From the NCBI RefSeq assembly GCF_006345805.1, contig NW_021832076.1, forward strand, positions 1 through 34,849: a DNA stretch of 34,849 nucleotides. Direction: 5' to 3'. The notes below the pieces were generated by a model. It was not told the origin of the DNA. It saw nothing but the letters and a program-made list of their open reading frames with translations, and searched no databases. Below are positions 1 through 9,755 of this stretch, one piece after another; position 1 is the stretch's first letter; each line of letters begins with the position of its first letter. A program made the translations under genes and the position numbers. The DNA is from Octopus sinensis (taxonomy: Eukaryota).

Positions 1-35
1 TTCTATATTTAAGCTTATCTATACTATATTTAAGT

Positions 36-306
36 GGGGACACATGGCGTACTGGTTAGAGCAGCGGACTCGCGGTCGAGGGATCGCGGGTTCGAATCTC
101 GGGCGATGTGTGTGTTTATGAGCGAAACATCTAAGCTTCACGCGGCTCCGGCAGAAGGTAATGGCGAAACTTCTGCTGACTCTTTCGCCACAACTTTCTC
201 TCACTCTTTCCTCTTGCAGCTCCCGTCCAGGTGGGGAACCTATACGCCAAGGAAACCGGGAAACCGACCCTAATGAGCCAGGCGTGGCTCAAGAAGGAAC
301 AAACAA
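36..306 (+). mobile_element. tRNA-derived SINE (family A)
   Basis: The head has A-box-like TGGCGTACTGGTTAGAGC and B-box GGTTCGAATC. The body (CACAACTTTCTCTCACTCTTTC) is shared with the copy at 33826-34167, and the 3' part (GAAACCGGGAAACCG..CC..ATGAGCC) is shared with 5388-5900. Confidence 0.85.
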
Positions 307-734
307 TACTACATTTAAGCTGAACACTACTCTTGGTATGTTCATCTCGACGATACTATAAGCTGAACTATACGACATTTAAGTTCATCTGTACTATACT
401 AATATCTGGGTATACTACATTATTTCCTAATATTTGCCATAAGGCAATACATAGAGGGAACGGACAAGGACAGACAAACATAAAAAGGCTGAAGTAGCTT
501 TAAAGGGTTAAAAATTAACAATGATTATCATAACATTTTTAACCTGGCGGAGATCATACCTGTCCTGCTATGACGACAGCTGATTTATTCCAGGAGAGAG
601 AGAGACAGAGAGAACGAGAGAGAGAAAGGTGAGAGGAGAGAGATGGAACGACTTCAGCCTAAGATTGATACTTATCGATTTCACGAATGGACGAAGGAGA
701 AATTTGAGCACGGAGTTATTTGAATGTGGAAAGA

Positions 735-945
735 AGAGCATGAAAACGTGTTGTATCCTAAGTTTGTGAGTTTCTTCAGTGTCATTCTTGCAACATGTGG
801 CTTTGCATTACCGTGGAGAAGAATTGGGTCACACCAATTCACCAATGAAGGTCTCATTTTTTGCAAGTGAGCAGGCATTTCAGCGAGTTGATTGCAGTAA
901 ACAACATTTTTTGTTTTCCCATTCGGGGGTCAGTACAATTATTTT
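735..945 (-). pseudogene. Mariner (DD34D-type) transposase fragment, catalytic region
   Basis: Translation YCNQLAEMPAHLQKMRPSLVNWCDPILLHGNAKPHVARMTLKKLTNLGY matches the mariner motif ILLHDNARPH...L..LG, with the D mutated to G. The frame decays before the YSPDL motif. Confidence 0.85.
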
Positions 946-955
946 CTATCTAACC

Positions 956-959
<4 letters not shown>

Positions 960-1028
<69 letters not shown>
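960..1028. repeat. (CTTT)n/(CT)n microsatellite
   Basis: Read directly from the sequence. Confidence 0.95.
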
Positions 1029-1739
1029 GTTGATTGTTTACAACTATTACCATCACCAGTACCACCACCATCGCCACCAAAACTGCCATACGCACACCAT
1101 TCAGACTTCTGACGGCACCACCATCAATACATTTGAATTCGCCGCCTTCCCTTCCACCACCATAGCCACTGTCTTTCACATCGATTACTCTCGCCGTCAT
1201 CACTGACCACCACTACCATCATCATCACCGCCGCCTCCACCTCTATCATAACTACAGCTCAAACTATTACTATCACAGTATTACCATCACAAAAGCCTTA
1301 ATGGGTGTTCGTTCAGTATGTTATTCTGCATGTTACTTCAGTGTTCAGTCCCTCTTTCTCTCATATACCCTCTCTTTTATTATTAACTCCCACTGCCACT
1401 ATCAACACCACAACTTTTGATAAAACAACATCAACTCTCCCTAAATTTCTTTGTCTCTGTTTCTCTCCTTCTCCTCTTTTTTTCTTTCTCACTCTCTCTC
1501 ATCGCCATCGCCCTTACCATTTCTGTGCCTACTATTACTCTCACCCATCATGAGGATTTGTAGGAGTGTCATTTAATAGTGAGAGAGGAGTCTAAGTCTG
1601 ACACACTGATACACAGAAATTAGTTTCCGCATTATATATATATATACATATACTTCGATTGGATGTTGTGTCCATCCGGTCTGCTATAATGAATCCATAA
1701 ACAAATGTAAAACATCCTCGGATCCTAGGATATATTTTT

Positions 1740-1812
1740 CCCTCTGAAGATATTATGTTTAGGTCATATAAATTTAATATTTACTGAGTATTAATTGAAA
1801 CAGCTGTAAAGG
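1740..1812 (+). ncRNA. Type I hammerhead ribozyme-like motif (Penelope-type, partly degenerate)
   Basis: Core CTGAAGA at 1744-1750, then an extended stem II (ATTATGTTTAG/CTGAGTATTAAT), then GAAAC-AGCT-GTA with the palindromic stem III ACAGCTGT. Stem I CCCT/AAGG has one mismatch. Confidence 0.55.
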
Positions 1813-1939
1813 CTGAAGAATAATTCGTTGTTAATAATAAACAACTATTAACTATAATAAACAACTATTAACTTCTCAATCTCCATTTTCTTTTTCTTTT
1901 ATATATAGATGTGTGTGTATGTGTGTTTGTTAATACATA

Positions 1940-1951
1940 GAACATTCAACC

Positions 1952-1995
<44 letters not shown>

Positions 1996-2021
1996 AATAT
2001 ATATATATATATGTATGTATG

Positions 2022-2077
<56 letters not shown>

Positions 2078-2118
2078 TATCTATATATATATAGATATGT
2101 ATGTATATATATATATAA
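1940..2118. repeat. (TA)n microsatellite
   Basis: Read directly from the sequence. Confidence 0.95.
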
Positions 2119-2350
2119 CGGGAAGCTTTATGAAAATAGACAAAAGACGAAGGCAGGTGGAAAACAAACAAACAATTGTATTAGTATGGCGCTCAGGAAA
2201 TATAAATAAAACAAGTCTTAACGTTTCGAGCCTACGCTCTTCAACAGAAAGATACACAGAGAGAAAAAAAACACCAGAAAGAAGGAGCGAAAAAAAAAAA
2301 TGCGTGCAGTAACTAACGAATCAACATGGCGATCTGATTTCGGCTAGAGG
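2119..2350 (-). mobile_element. Short interspersed repeat with a hammerhead-like GAAGAGC..GCTCGAAACG motif (Penelope/retrozyme-like)
   Basis: The minus strand reads TCTTT-CTGTTGA-A-GAGC-GTAG-GCTC-GAAAC-GTT-AAGA at 2215-2252. The same motif and a flanking CTGAGCG are present at 11810-11985 and 16135-16300. Confidence 0.55.
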
Positions 2351-2432
2351 TCAAAGATCAAACATGAGACGCGAGAGCGAAATAAGGGGAGATAATAGGG
2401 TTGATAATAGGGTTGAATGACCCTAGGATAGG

Positions 2433-2660
2433 TCTGGACAGGCGTATGTATGGGGTTGGTGTAAGTATTAGTATGTATTAGTATGTATTAGTACGTATTA
2501 GTATGTATAAGTGTGTGTGTGTGTGTATGAGAGATTATAAGTGCGTATGAGGGGTCTGGACGTGTGTATGTATAGGGTTGGTGTATGTATTAGTAGGTAT
2601 TAGTATGTATTAGTACGTATTAGTATGTATTAGTTGGTGTATGTATTAGTATGGCACATC
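2433..2660. repeat. About 122-bp tandem duplication containing a 10-bp GTATTAGTAT minisatellite
   Basis: TCTGGAC...GGGTTGGTGTA.GTATTAGTA starts at both 2433 and 2555. Confidence 0.8.
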
Positions 2661-2697
2661 ATATATGATGTGATGTGTAAAGTCGTGTGGTGTAGTG

Positions 2698-2850
2698 AGG
2701 AGAAGAGGGGGAGGGGGAGAAGAGGGGGAAGAGAAGGGGAGGGGGAGGGGGAGAAGAGGGGGAGGGGGAGAAGAGGGGGAGAGAAGGGGAGGGGGAGGGG
2801 AGGAGAGGGGAAGAGGAGAGGAGGGGGGAGAGAGAGGAGAGGGAGAAGGA
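2698..2850. repeat. Polypurine (GGGGGA/GAGAA) tract
   Basis: About 150 bp of pure G/A with many G4-G5 runs. Confidence 0.9.
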
Positions 2851-3040
2851 AATACTAAGTAATTAAGGGTTTAGCAACGATTTGCCTCACCACACACCGA
2901 ATTTAGAAATAGCAGTCAAAGAGTTATAGCTATTCTTTCTACTAAAAGGGAGATCTCAGTAAAACCACAGCACTTGAAAGCCAAACACAGACAGGCAAGA
3001 GAGAAAGAATGACGGCAATCTATCATACAATTTTAAGTCA

Positions 3041-3131
3041 CCTACGGACGTACGTTTCGAAATTAAGTTTTAGGAAAGCATAAGAATTAGATAATTATGT
3101 CTTACCCAACTTCTTTTCTCATCAGCGTAGG
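3041..3131 (-). ncRNA. Type I hammerhead ribozyme (left-arm copy)
   Basis: The minus strand reads CCTACG-CTGATGA-G[extended stem II]C-GAAAC-GTAC-GTC-CGTAGG. It has a complete core, a 6-bp stem I, a GUC cleavage triplet and the palindromic stem III ACGTACGT. Confidence 0.85.
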
Positions 3132-3325
3132 ACACTACAATTATGAATAATTGTATATTAAATTTCGAGATACTAGAAGGCATCATCTCAACTCAGTATC
3201 AGAGCGAGCTAAAACCGTTACCAGTATCACCAAATTCAAAGTGTGAATGAAAGTTTGTGTCACCAAGCCCTTCCCACCAGCGTGTATCTCGAAATTTAAT
3301 ATACAATTATTCATAATTGTAGTGT

Positions 3326-3416
3326 CCTACGCTGATGAGAAAAGAAGTTGGGTAAGACATAATTATCTAATTCTTATGCTTTCCTAAAACTTAATTTCGA
3401 AACGTATGTCCGTAGG
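3326..3416 (+). ncRNA. Type I hammerhead ribozyme (right-arm copy)
   Basis: CCTACG (3326-31), CTGATGA (3332-38), stem II GAAA..AAGTT..CATAA/TTATG..AACTT..TTTC, then GAAAC-GTAT-GTC and CGTAGG (3411-16). Cleavage is predicted after C3410. Confidence 0.85.
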
Positions 3417-3478
3417 TGACTTAAAATTGTATGATAGATTGCCGTCATTTCTTTCTCTCTTGCCTGTCTGTGTTTGCC

Positions 3479-3517
<39 letters not shown>

Positions 3518-3544
3518 TGTGTGTGTGTGTGTGTGTGTGTGTAT

Positions 3545-3702
3545 ACAATGGATGCTTTTATCAGGTTTTGACTACTAAAGCCGCTGACAAGTCTTTGATA
3601 GGTCCGGCGCTAGTGTAGAGGGCATTTACACAACGTGCCGTTCAGTCGGACCGGACCGGACCGGAAACCATGTGGATTGGCAAACTTTTTACCGTAGAAG
3701 CC
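3545..3702 (-). mobile_element. Degenerate SINE family D head fragment
   Basis: Diverged match to the head of the copy at 18187-18610 (AACCATGTGG..TGG..AAC, TTGGTCGG/TAGGTCCGG). Confidence 0.5.
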
Positions 3703-3832
3703 AAACCAAGAATTTATGTTGTATGGTATCTGATATACATGTGCTTGAACTTTGTTGTTCAAATACATCCACTGATGACTGAGTTATTCTTCTTAAATCA
3801 TTGTTAAGGTTATTTAAACATACATAACATGA

Positions 3833-3857
3833 TAGATCGATAGATAGATAGATAATA

Positions 3858-3930
<73 letters not shown>
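3833..3930. repeat. (GATA)n tetranucleotide microsatellite
   Basis: Read directly from the sequence. Confidence 0.95.
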
Positions 3931-3931
<1 letters not shown>

Positions 3932-4024
3932 GCATATCTTTGCCTGTAAAGCTTTACATAGCGTCTTACGGTTATCGACTGCTATTTCCAGCAAACATTG
4001 GTGCCATGTTGTGCCACATTTTCC

Positions 4025-4055
<31 letters not shown>

Positions 4056-4159
4056 GTACACACACACTCAGACACACACACACACACACGTACACACACA
4101 CTCAGACCACACACACACACAGACACACACAGACACACACACAGAGTAATATATATATA

Positions 4160-4347
4160 CAGTAATCCCTCGACTATCGCGGGTGTTACGTTACAAAATC
4201 CGCGAAGTAGAAACAGTACTGTGCTGTATATTTTTTTAATTATTTTTATAATTTGTATATATTTACTTTATCATAACTGCAAAAGAACACCACGGAGGAA
4301 TCGGTGTAAGGTCAAATAATAAACCGCGATAAGGCGAAGGACTACTG
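4160..4347. mobile_element. Pogo/Tigger-like (Tc1/mariner superfamily) MITE, 188 bp
   Basis: TIRs are CAGTAATCCCTCGACTATCGCGG and CCGCGATAAGGCGAAGGACTACTG. TA flanks both ends as a TSD, and there is no coding capacity. Confidence 0.85.
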
Positions 4348-4352
4348 TATAC

Positions 4353-4394
<42 letters not shown>

Positions 4395-4416
4395 ATACTT
4401 TATGTAGTAAGCCTAC

Positions 4417-4460
4417 CATTGGTTTCATGTTAAGAAAATTTTCTTAACTTGAAACCAATG
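4417..4460. repeat. 44-bp spacerless palindrome with one mismatch
   Basis: CATTGGTTTCAtGTTAAGAAAA|TTTTCTTAACtTGAAACCAATG. Confidence 0.9.
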
Positions 4461-4539
4461 ATAACTTTAATACATATATAAAGAAATTTATCCACCAATG
4501 CAGTGTTGAGCACTCGTTGCCATTGTTCGAGATTTACGT

Positions 4540-4563
4540 GTATATATATATATATATATATAT

Positions 4564-4615
<52 letters not shown>

Positions 4616-4656
4616 TATAATATATGTATATATATATACGTATATATATATATATG

Positions 4657-4694
<38 letters not shown>

Positions 4695-4830
4695 TATATA
4701 TATACGTATATATGTGTATATATATAGGTATATATATATATATGATTATATAAATATATATATATATATATAATCATATATATATAATATATATATATAT
4801 ATATAAGTATGATATTATACTATATATATA

Positions 4831-4866
<36 letters not shown>
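4540..4866. repeat. (TA)n microsatellite, about 325 bp
   Basis: Read directly from the sequence. Confidence 0.95.
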
Positions 4867-4874
<8 letters not shown>

Positions 4875-5387
4875 ATACTTACATGCATACTGACGTAGAG
4901 AGAAAGAAAGACGAGGTGATGAGAGAGAAAGGTAGAGACAATATATGACTTCCAGATATGTTATTCACACCAACACGTCTGGCTTAATTTTTCAAGCAAG
5001 ACTTCACTGCAAAAGCTGAATTATAGTTACACTTCAAACAGTCTGACTAAATAATCTAATATAGTCTTACGTGAATTCAAGAGATTCTTTTATAGTTTGC
5101 TGTTTTTACAGTGCTTGAAACAATCAGTTGAATACCGTATGAAATGCCTTGTAGCATTTCGATTCGTCCCTTGACGGTATGCGTTCAAATCCTGGTGTGG
5201 GTTCGACTTTTCCTTTGATCCTCCTGCGGTGGATAAGTATAAATTCTACATATGTATAATCATCGGTTGACGAAAGTGGGCTGAAATGTTCTTAGGCTGA
5301 CTACGAACGAGTGAGTGTAGAGCTGTGAAAGCTTGCATCCATTTAATTTAACACTTCTTTTTAATATCTGCATGTTTTTCTTCCACT

Positions 5388-5900
5388 GGAGGCGCGTAGC
5401 TTAGTGGTTACAGTGTCAGCATCATGGTCGTAAGATTGTGGTTTCGATTCCTGGACCGAGCGATGCATTGTGTTCTTGAGTAAAGCACTTCATTTCACGT
5501 TGCTCCAGTCCACTCAGCTGGCAAAAATGAGTAACGCTGCGATGGATTGGCGTCCCTTCCAGCTGGGGAACGCATACGCAATTGAAACCGGGAAAACCGA
5601 GCCCATGAGCCTGGTTAGGCTTTAAAAGGGCGCATTTATTTGTAGAGGCGCTTGGCATGGTGGTTAGGGTGTCAGAACTATGATCGTAAGATTGTGGTTT
5701 CTATTTCTAGACCGGGCGACGCGTTGAGTTCTTGAGCAAAACACTTCATTTCGCGTTTCTCCAGTCCACTCAGCTGGCAAAAATGAGTAACGCTGCGATG
5801 GACTGATGTCCCGTCAAGCTGGGGAATACATACGCCATAGAAACCGGGAAACCAGGCCCATAAGCCTGGCTAGGCTTTAAAAAGGGTGCATTTATTTTTT
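5388..5900 (+). mobile_element. Two head-to-tail copies of a tRNA-headed, CORE-like SINE (family B): 5388-5641 and 5645-5900
   Basis: Each copy has GAGGCGC..TGG.TAGTGGTTA...GGTTTCGATTCC, then CTCCAGTCCACTCAGCTGGCAAAAATGAGTAACGCTGCGATGG, and the tail GGCTTTAAAAGGG.GCATTT. Confidence 0.88.
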
Positions 5901-5978
5901 TTTTTTATTTCTTCCAGGTAAATTGACATTTGATTGTTCAAAGACCTCAAGGGTTATTAGTAGTGATTTCACTTGAAA

Positions 5979-6262
5979 ATGGATAAACTTTGGCATCGTC
6001 CTGTTATCGAGTACCTGCAAAAAAAAAGGGCTTAGTTGCCAGGGACATTCATGCTGATATGGTTGCTACATTAGGGAATGATACTCCAGCTTTATCAACA
6101 GTGTAGCAGTGGGTAGCTGAATGTAGGAGGGAAAAAGAGAGAAAGTTAAAGTTGCCACCACATATTAAATTCAAAGTACAGAAAGAACAAACCACGCGAA
6201 TGATATAATGAAGAATCATACATGTAGTCACTGGAATTATCAGAATTCTAACCGTGACCATC
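5979..6262 (+). pseudogene. Mariner transposase N-terminal (HTH) fragment
   Basis: From the ATG at 5979 the sequence reads MDKLWHRPVIEYLQKK, then after a frameshift in the A-run GLVARDIHADMVATLGNDTPALSTV*QWVAECRR. This matches the mariner HTH region G....IH..M...LG..A.S.STV..W..EF.RG. Confidence 0.8.
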
Positions 6263-6314
6263 CGTTTTTATTGAAGGATAATCTCAATTTACGCTATTCC
6301 CTATAACTCTTATC

Positions 6315-6712
6315 TAAGGCGGCGAGCTAGTAGAAACGTTAGCACGCTGGGCGAAATGCTTAACAATATTTCGTCTGTCTTTATGTTTTGAGTTCAAATT
6401 ACGCCGAGGTCGACTTTGCCTTTCATCCTTTCGAGGTCGATTAAATAAGTACCAGTTTGTCCTTGTTTATCCCCTCTGTGTTTAGCCCCTTGTGGACAAT
6501 AAACAAATAAGTAACGTTAGCACGACGGGCGAAATGCTTGTCTATATTTCGTCTGTCTTTATGTTTTCAGTTCAAATTCCGCCGCGGTTGACTTTGCCTT
6601 TCATCCTTTCGGAGTCGATAAATTAAGTACCTGTTGCATAATGGCGTCGATCTAATCGACTGGACTACTCCCCCAAATTTTCCGGTCTTGTAACTAGAGT
6701 AGAAAAGAATAT
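6315..6712 (+). mobile_element. Two tandem copies of SINE family C (6315-6510, 6511-6712)
   Basis: AAGGCGGCGAGCT...GTTAGCACG..GGGCGAAATGCTT...GAGTTCAAATT..GCCG.GGT.GACTTTGCCTTTCATCCTTTCG..GTCGAT.AA.TAAGTACC occurs twice. Confidence 0.85.
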
Positions 6713-6729
6713 ATCTTTTACTCATTGGA

Positions 6730-7135
6730 TTTCACCACTCTGAAGCACCACTGGATTTCACCACAATGTTGGAGCACCATCTGAAGGGATTTAGCCGAAG
6801 AAATCGTTCCTGGTGCTTATGTTTCGGGGTCTTCTTTTTTTTAGAATCAGGTACATCTTTTGCTTAACTACTACGTGGATGTAAACAAACCAATACCTAT
6901 TTCTTTATTACCCACAGAGGGGACAAACAAGGACATATATATGTGTGTGTGTGTGTGTGTATGTATGTATATGACGGGATTCCACACAGTTTTCATCAAC
7001 TAAATTCATTCACAATTTATTGGTTAGCTTTAGGCTATAGTAGAAGACATCTACCCAAAGTGCCGTGCAATATATTTGAACCCGCAACCACATTGTTGCA
7101 AAGCAAACGTCTTAACAACACAGCCATGCTTGCAC
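6730..7135 (-). mobile_element. Diverged SINE, family D-like, with an internal (TG)n
   Basis: GGAGCACCA...GTAAACAAACCAA...GGGGACAAAC, then the microsatellite, then GGCTATAGTAGAAGACA..CCCAA.GTGCCG...CACAGCCATGCTTGC. Confidence 0.7.
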
Positions 7136-7862
7136 GTATGCATACACTTTTTTCTTATTCATTTAAAGGGAGAAGTTGGTGATTTGAGAAAGATTGGACT
7201 GCTATTTCTAGTCGAGCGAATGACCATATAGTTGCCTTCTCATTACTTCGCAGAGCCAAATATTGTTCTTAAAGCTGGGAGCAGATGCAAAACCAAAATA
7301 TATAAAAAAAAAAAAAAGAAAGGAAATGTTACAAGATACAAGAGAAGCAAGAAGCAACACCAATCTGACAATATTCCAAGCTTCATGCCATGCCATGGAG
7401 AAATGGTAAACCTTTATCAAAGAATCAAGATAAACCGTTTCTATGGAAATATTGGAATATTTGAAAAAATTTGCTCCCCTGAAACATAAATTATAGATTT
7501 TAACGTGCACGGAAAGTATATAAATATTGATTTCTAACAAAGACACTAACCCTTAAATTTGGAAGGGGGAAAAGAGAGAGAGAGGAGGAGGAGGAGGAGG
7601 AGGAAGGAGGAGAAGCAGGTGGAGGAGATGCAGGAGGATGCTCGATTTATTATAAGAAAAGGAGAATGAAGGGCAAGTTGATCCGAGAGAGATTTGAACT
7701 TGAGAAATATAAAGATACAAGAAATATCTCAAGGACATGGATTTCAACAGAGTCGGTCAATTTCTTTAATATCATAGAATCACGCGCGCACACACACCCA
7801 CACACACACATACATACACATACACACACAAGCAAACATACACGCATTTACACATATGTGTG

Positions 7863-7894
<32 letters not shown>

Positions 7895-8094
7895 CATACA
7901 TATATATATGTAACTCTGCCGTAATCTCCTTTAGAGAGACTTAGTAATTTTAATATTTCTACCATACATATATATATATATATCGATAGATAAATTACAT
8001 ATATATTCGTATGTATATGTGTGTATATGTGAATATAAACACATATACTACATACATATATACATACATACACACACATATTTAAATATACATA

Positions 8095-8315
8095 CATGTG
8101 TGTATGTATTTTGTATATGTGTATACATATACATGAATATGAGTATTTATATATGTATATGCACGCACACACGCATATATATATATATGTGTGGGTGTGT
8201 GTGTGTATGTATATATATATATATATATATATATGTATTTTGTATATGTGTATACATATATATGAATATGAGTATTTATATATGTATATGCACACACCCG
8301 CGCATATATATATAC
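8095..8315. repeat. About 129-bp tandem duplication within a TA/CA-rich tract
   Basis: GTATTTTGTATATGTGTATACATATA.ATGAATATGAGTATTTATATATGTATATGCAC occurs at 8106 and 8235. Confidence 0.85.
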
Positions 8316-9714
8316 ATTCAAGTTGGACAGTGGTTTCAAATTTGCATAATTAGCGGTGAACCTTCAAGGTCTCTGTTGAATCTGAAACCAAAGATTTCTT
8401 CGACTGTGAATTTGCATTGAGTCCTTTTTCATTGCACCTTTTAAAGTACCCTTTTTAACACATGAATATTTTTTGAGCGTTCGTGTGTGTATACCCGTTC
8501 ATATAATATATTATATTACATTACATCATATCATATTATATTCTATCAAATTATATTATATTGCATTATACATGTGTCCGTGTTCATATATACACATGTG
8601 TATTTCAGTATGTGCATTTTAGTTTATTTTGGACGCAATTTTTCCTTACCACGTATTGAGTTCAAAGGACAAACTTACGTTCCGTTAATGTAGTCAATGT
8701 TAAGTTTTCTTACAGAACTTCCTTGCCTTCTTAACAATGTAATGTTAGATCAAAAATAAGGATTCCCGAGAAATCAATATCCACCCCGAATACCCAGGAA
8801 GCATTTCAGTACAGCTCTGTTTCTGATATCTCTACATTGAATATCGTTGTATTTTTCGTGTTCGTTTTCATCCTTCTTGTTCCTTTCTTTTTTTTATTCT
8901 TTTGATGGGGCAAAAGCACTATATATTTCATCGCAAAAGAGATAGTTGTTTTGCAAGGAAAACAAAATATCTTCACTTCAACACGATATTGAAACCGAAG
9001 CACCATCTCAGCTTGCCGGAAGCCAACTTGTTGATGTACAGTACACTCTACAAGACACAAACACGGTTTTATTGATTACTCACTCTTTTACCAGCGAATT
9101 TCGATTCTGCTTTCTGCGTTTCATAGTTTGCAGGTCCGATAAAATAAGTGCCTGTTAGTTAGTATAAGGGTCGATATAATCGATAGTTTATAAGGCTGTT
9201 GGTTGTTAAAAACGGATGGAACACCGGGAAAATATTTCGGAATTATTTAGTTTTTGTTATTGTCCCTGATAGAAGTCCGCCATTACTCTTCTAGTTAAAA
9301 GAAAAGATTGGTTTCAACTTGAATTATCATAAGACTTGTAACATCTGGAGAGCTTTTGACCATGAGGAGTGTGCCCCGCATGTGTATTATCGAAGAGTAA
9401 TTTGATTTCCACTAGGAATCTGGTTGCATTTCAAAATCACTCCATCATTGGAATTGCGATATTGTGTTATACCCCGTTTACGTATGAAGTTCAACTCCTT
9501 CCATGATCATCTTTACTTTTTATACTTACCCGGTTGATAACATAAAGTGCCAGCCAAAGACTGTGCTCGAAATAATATTTCTATATTGCATCATAGATCT
9601 GAATGCAATTATAACAAGGAATCAGATTCATTGGAAATTCACTGATCAGTGAATAAAGTTCATGGCAAACTTTTAATTCTCTCACACTTGCTCTCTCACC
9701 ACTGGTATATGAAT

Positions 9715-9755
9715 ATCCGTGATGAGGTCTAATAAGACCGAAACACGATCACAGT
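9715..9755 (+). ncRNA. Degenerate hammerhead-like motif
   Basis: gTGATGA-GGTCT-AATA-AGACC-GAAAC-ACGATC has a perfect stem II and GAAA, but C3 is changed to G and stems I and III pair poorly. Confidence 0.35.

Larger units (their letters stand above)
2982..3476. repeat. Long inverted repeat (foldback): arms 2982-3173 and 3284-3476, 110-bp spacer
   Basis: By base-by-base comparison the arms are reverse complements except for one substitution (3050 vs 3407) and one 1-nt indel. Confidence 0.97.

Noticed and set aside
36-110. SINE heads as functional tRNA genes (also 5388, 18610, 34167)
   Set aside because: They have A/B-box-like motifs but no complete cloverleaf with an acceptor stem, and they run directly into SINE bodies.
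3771-3810. CTGATGA as a hammerhead core
   Set aside because: There is no stem II or GAAA downstream.
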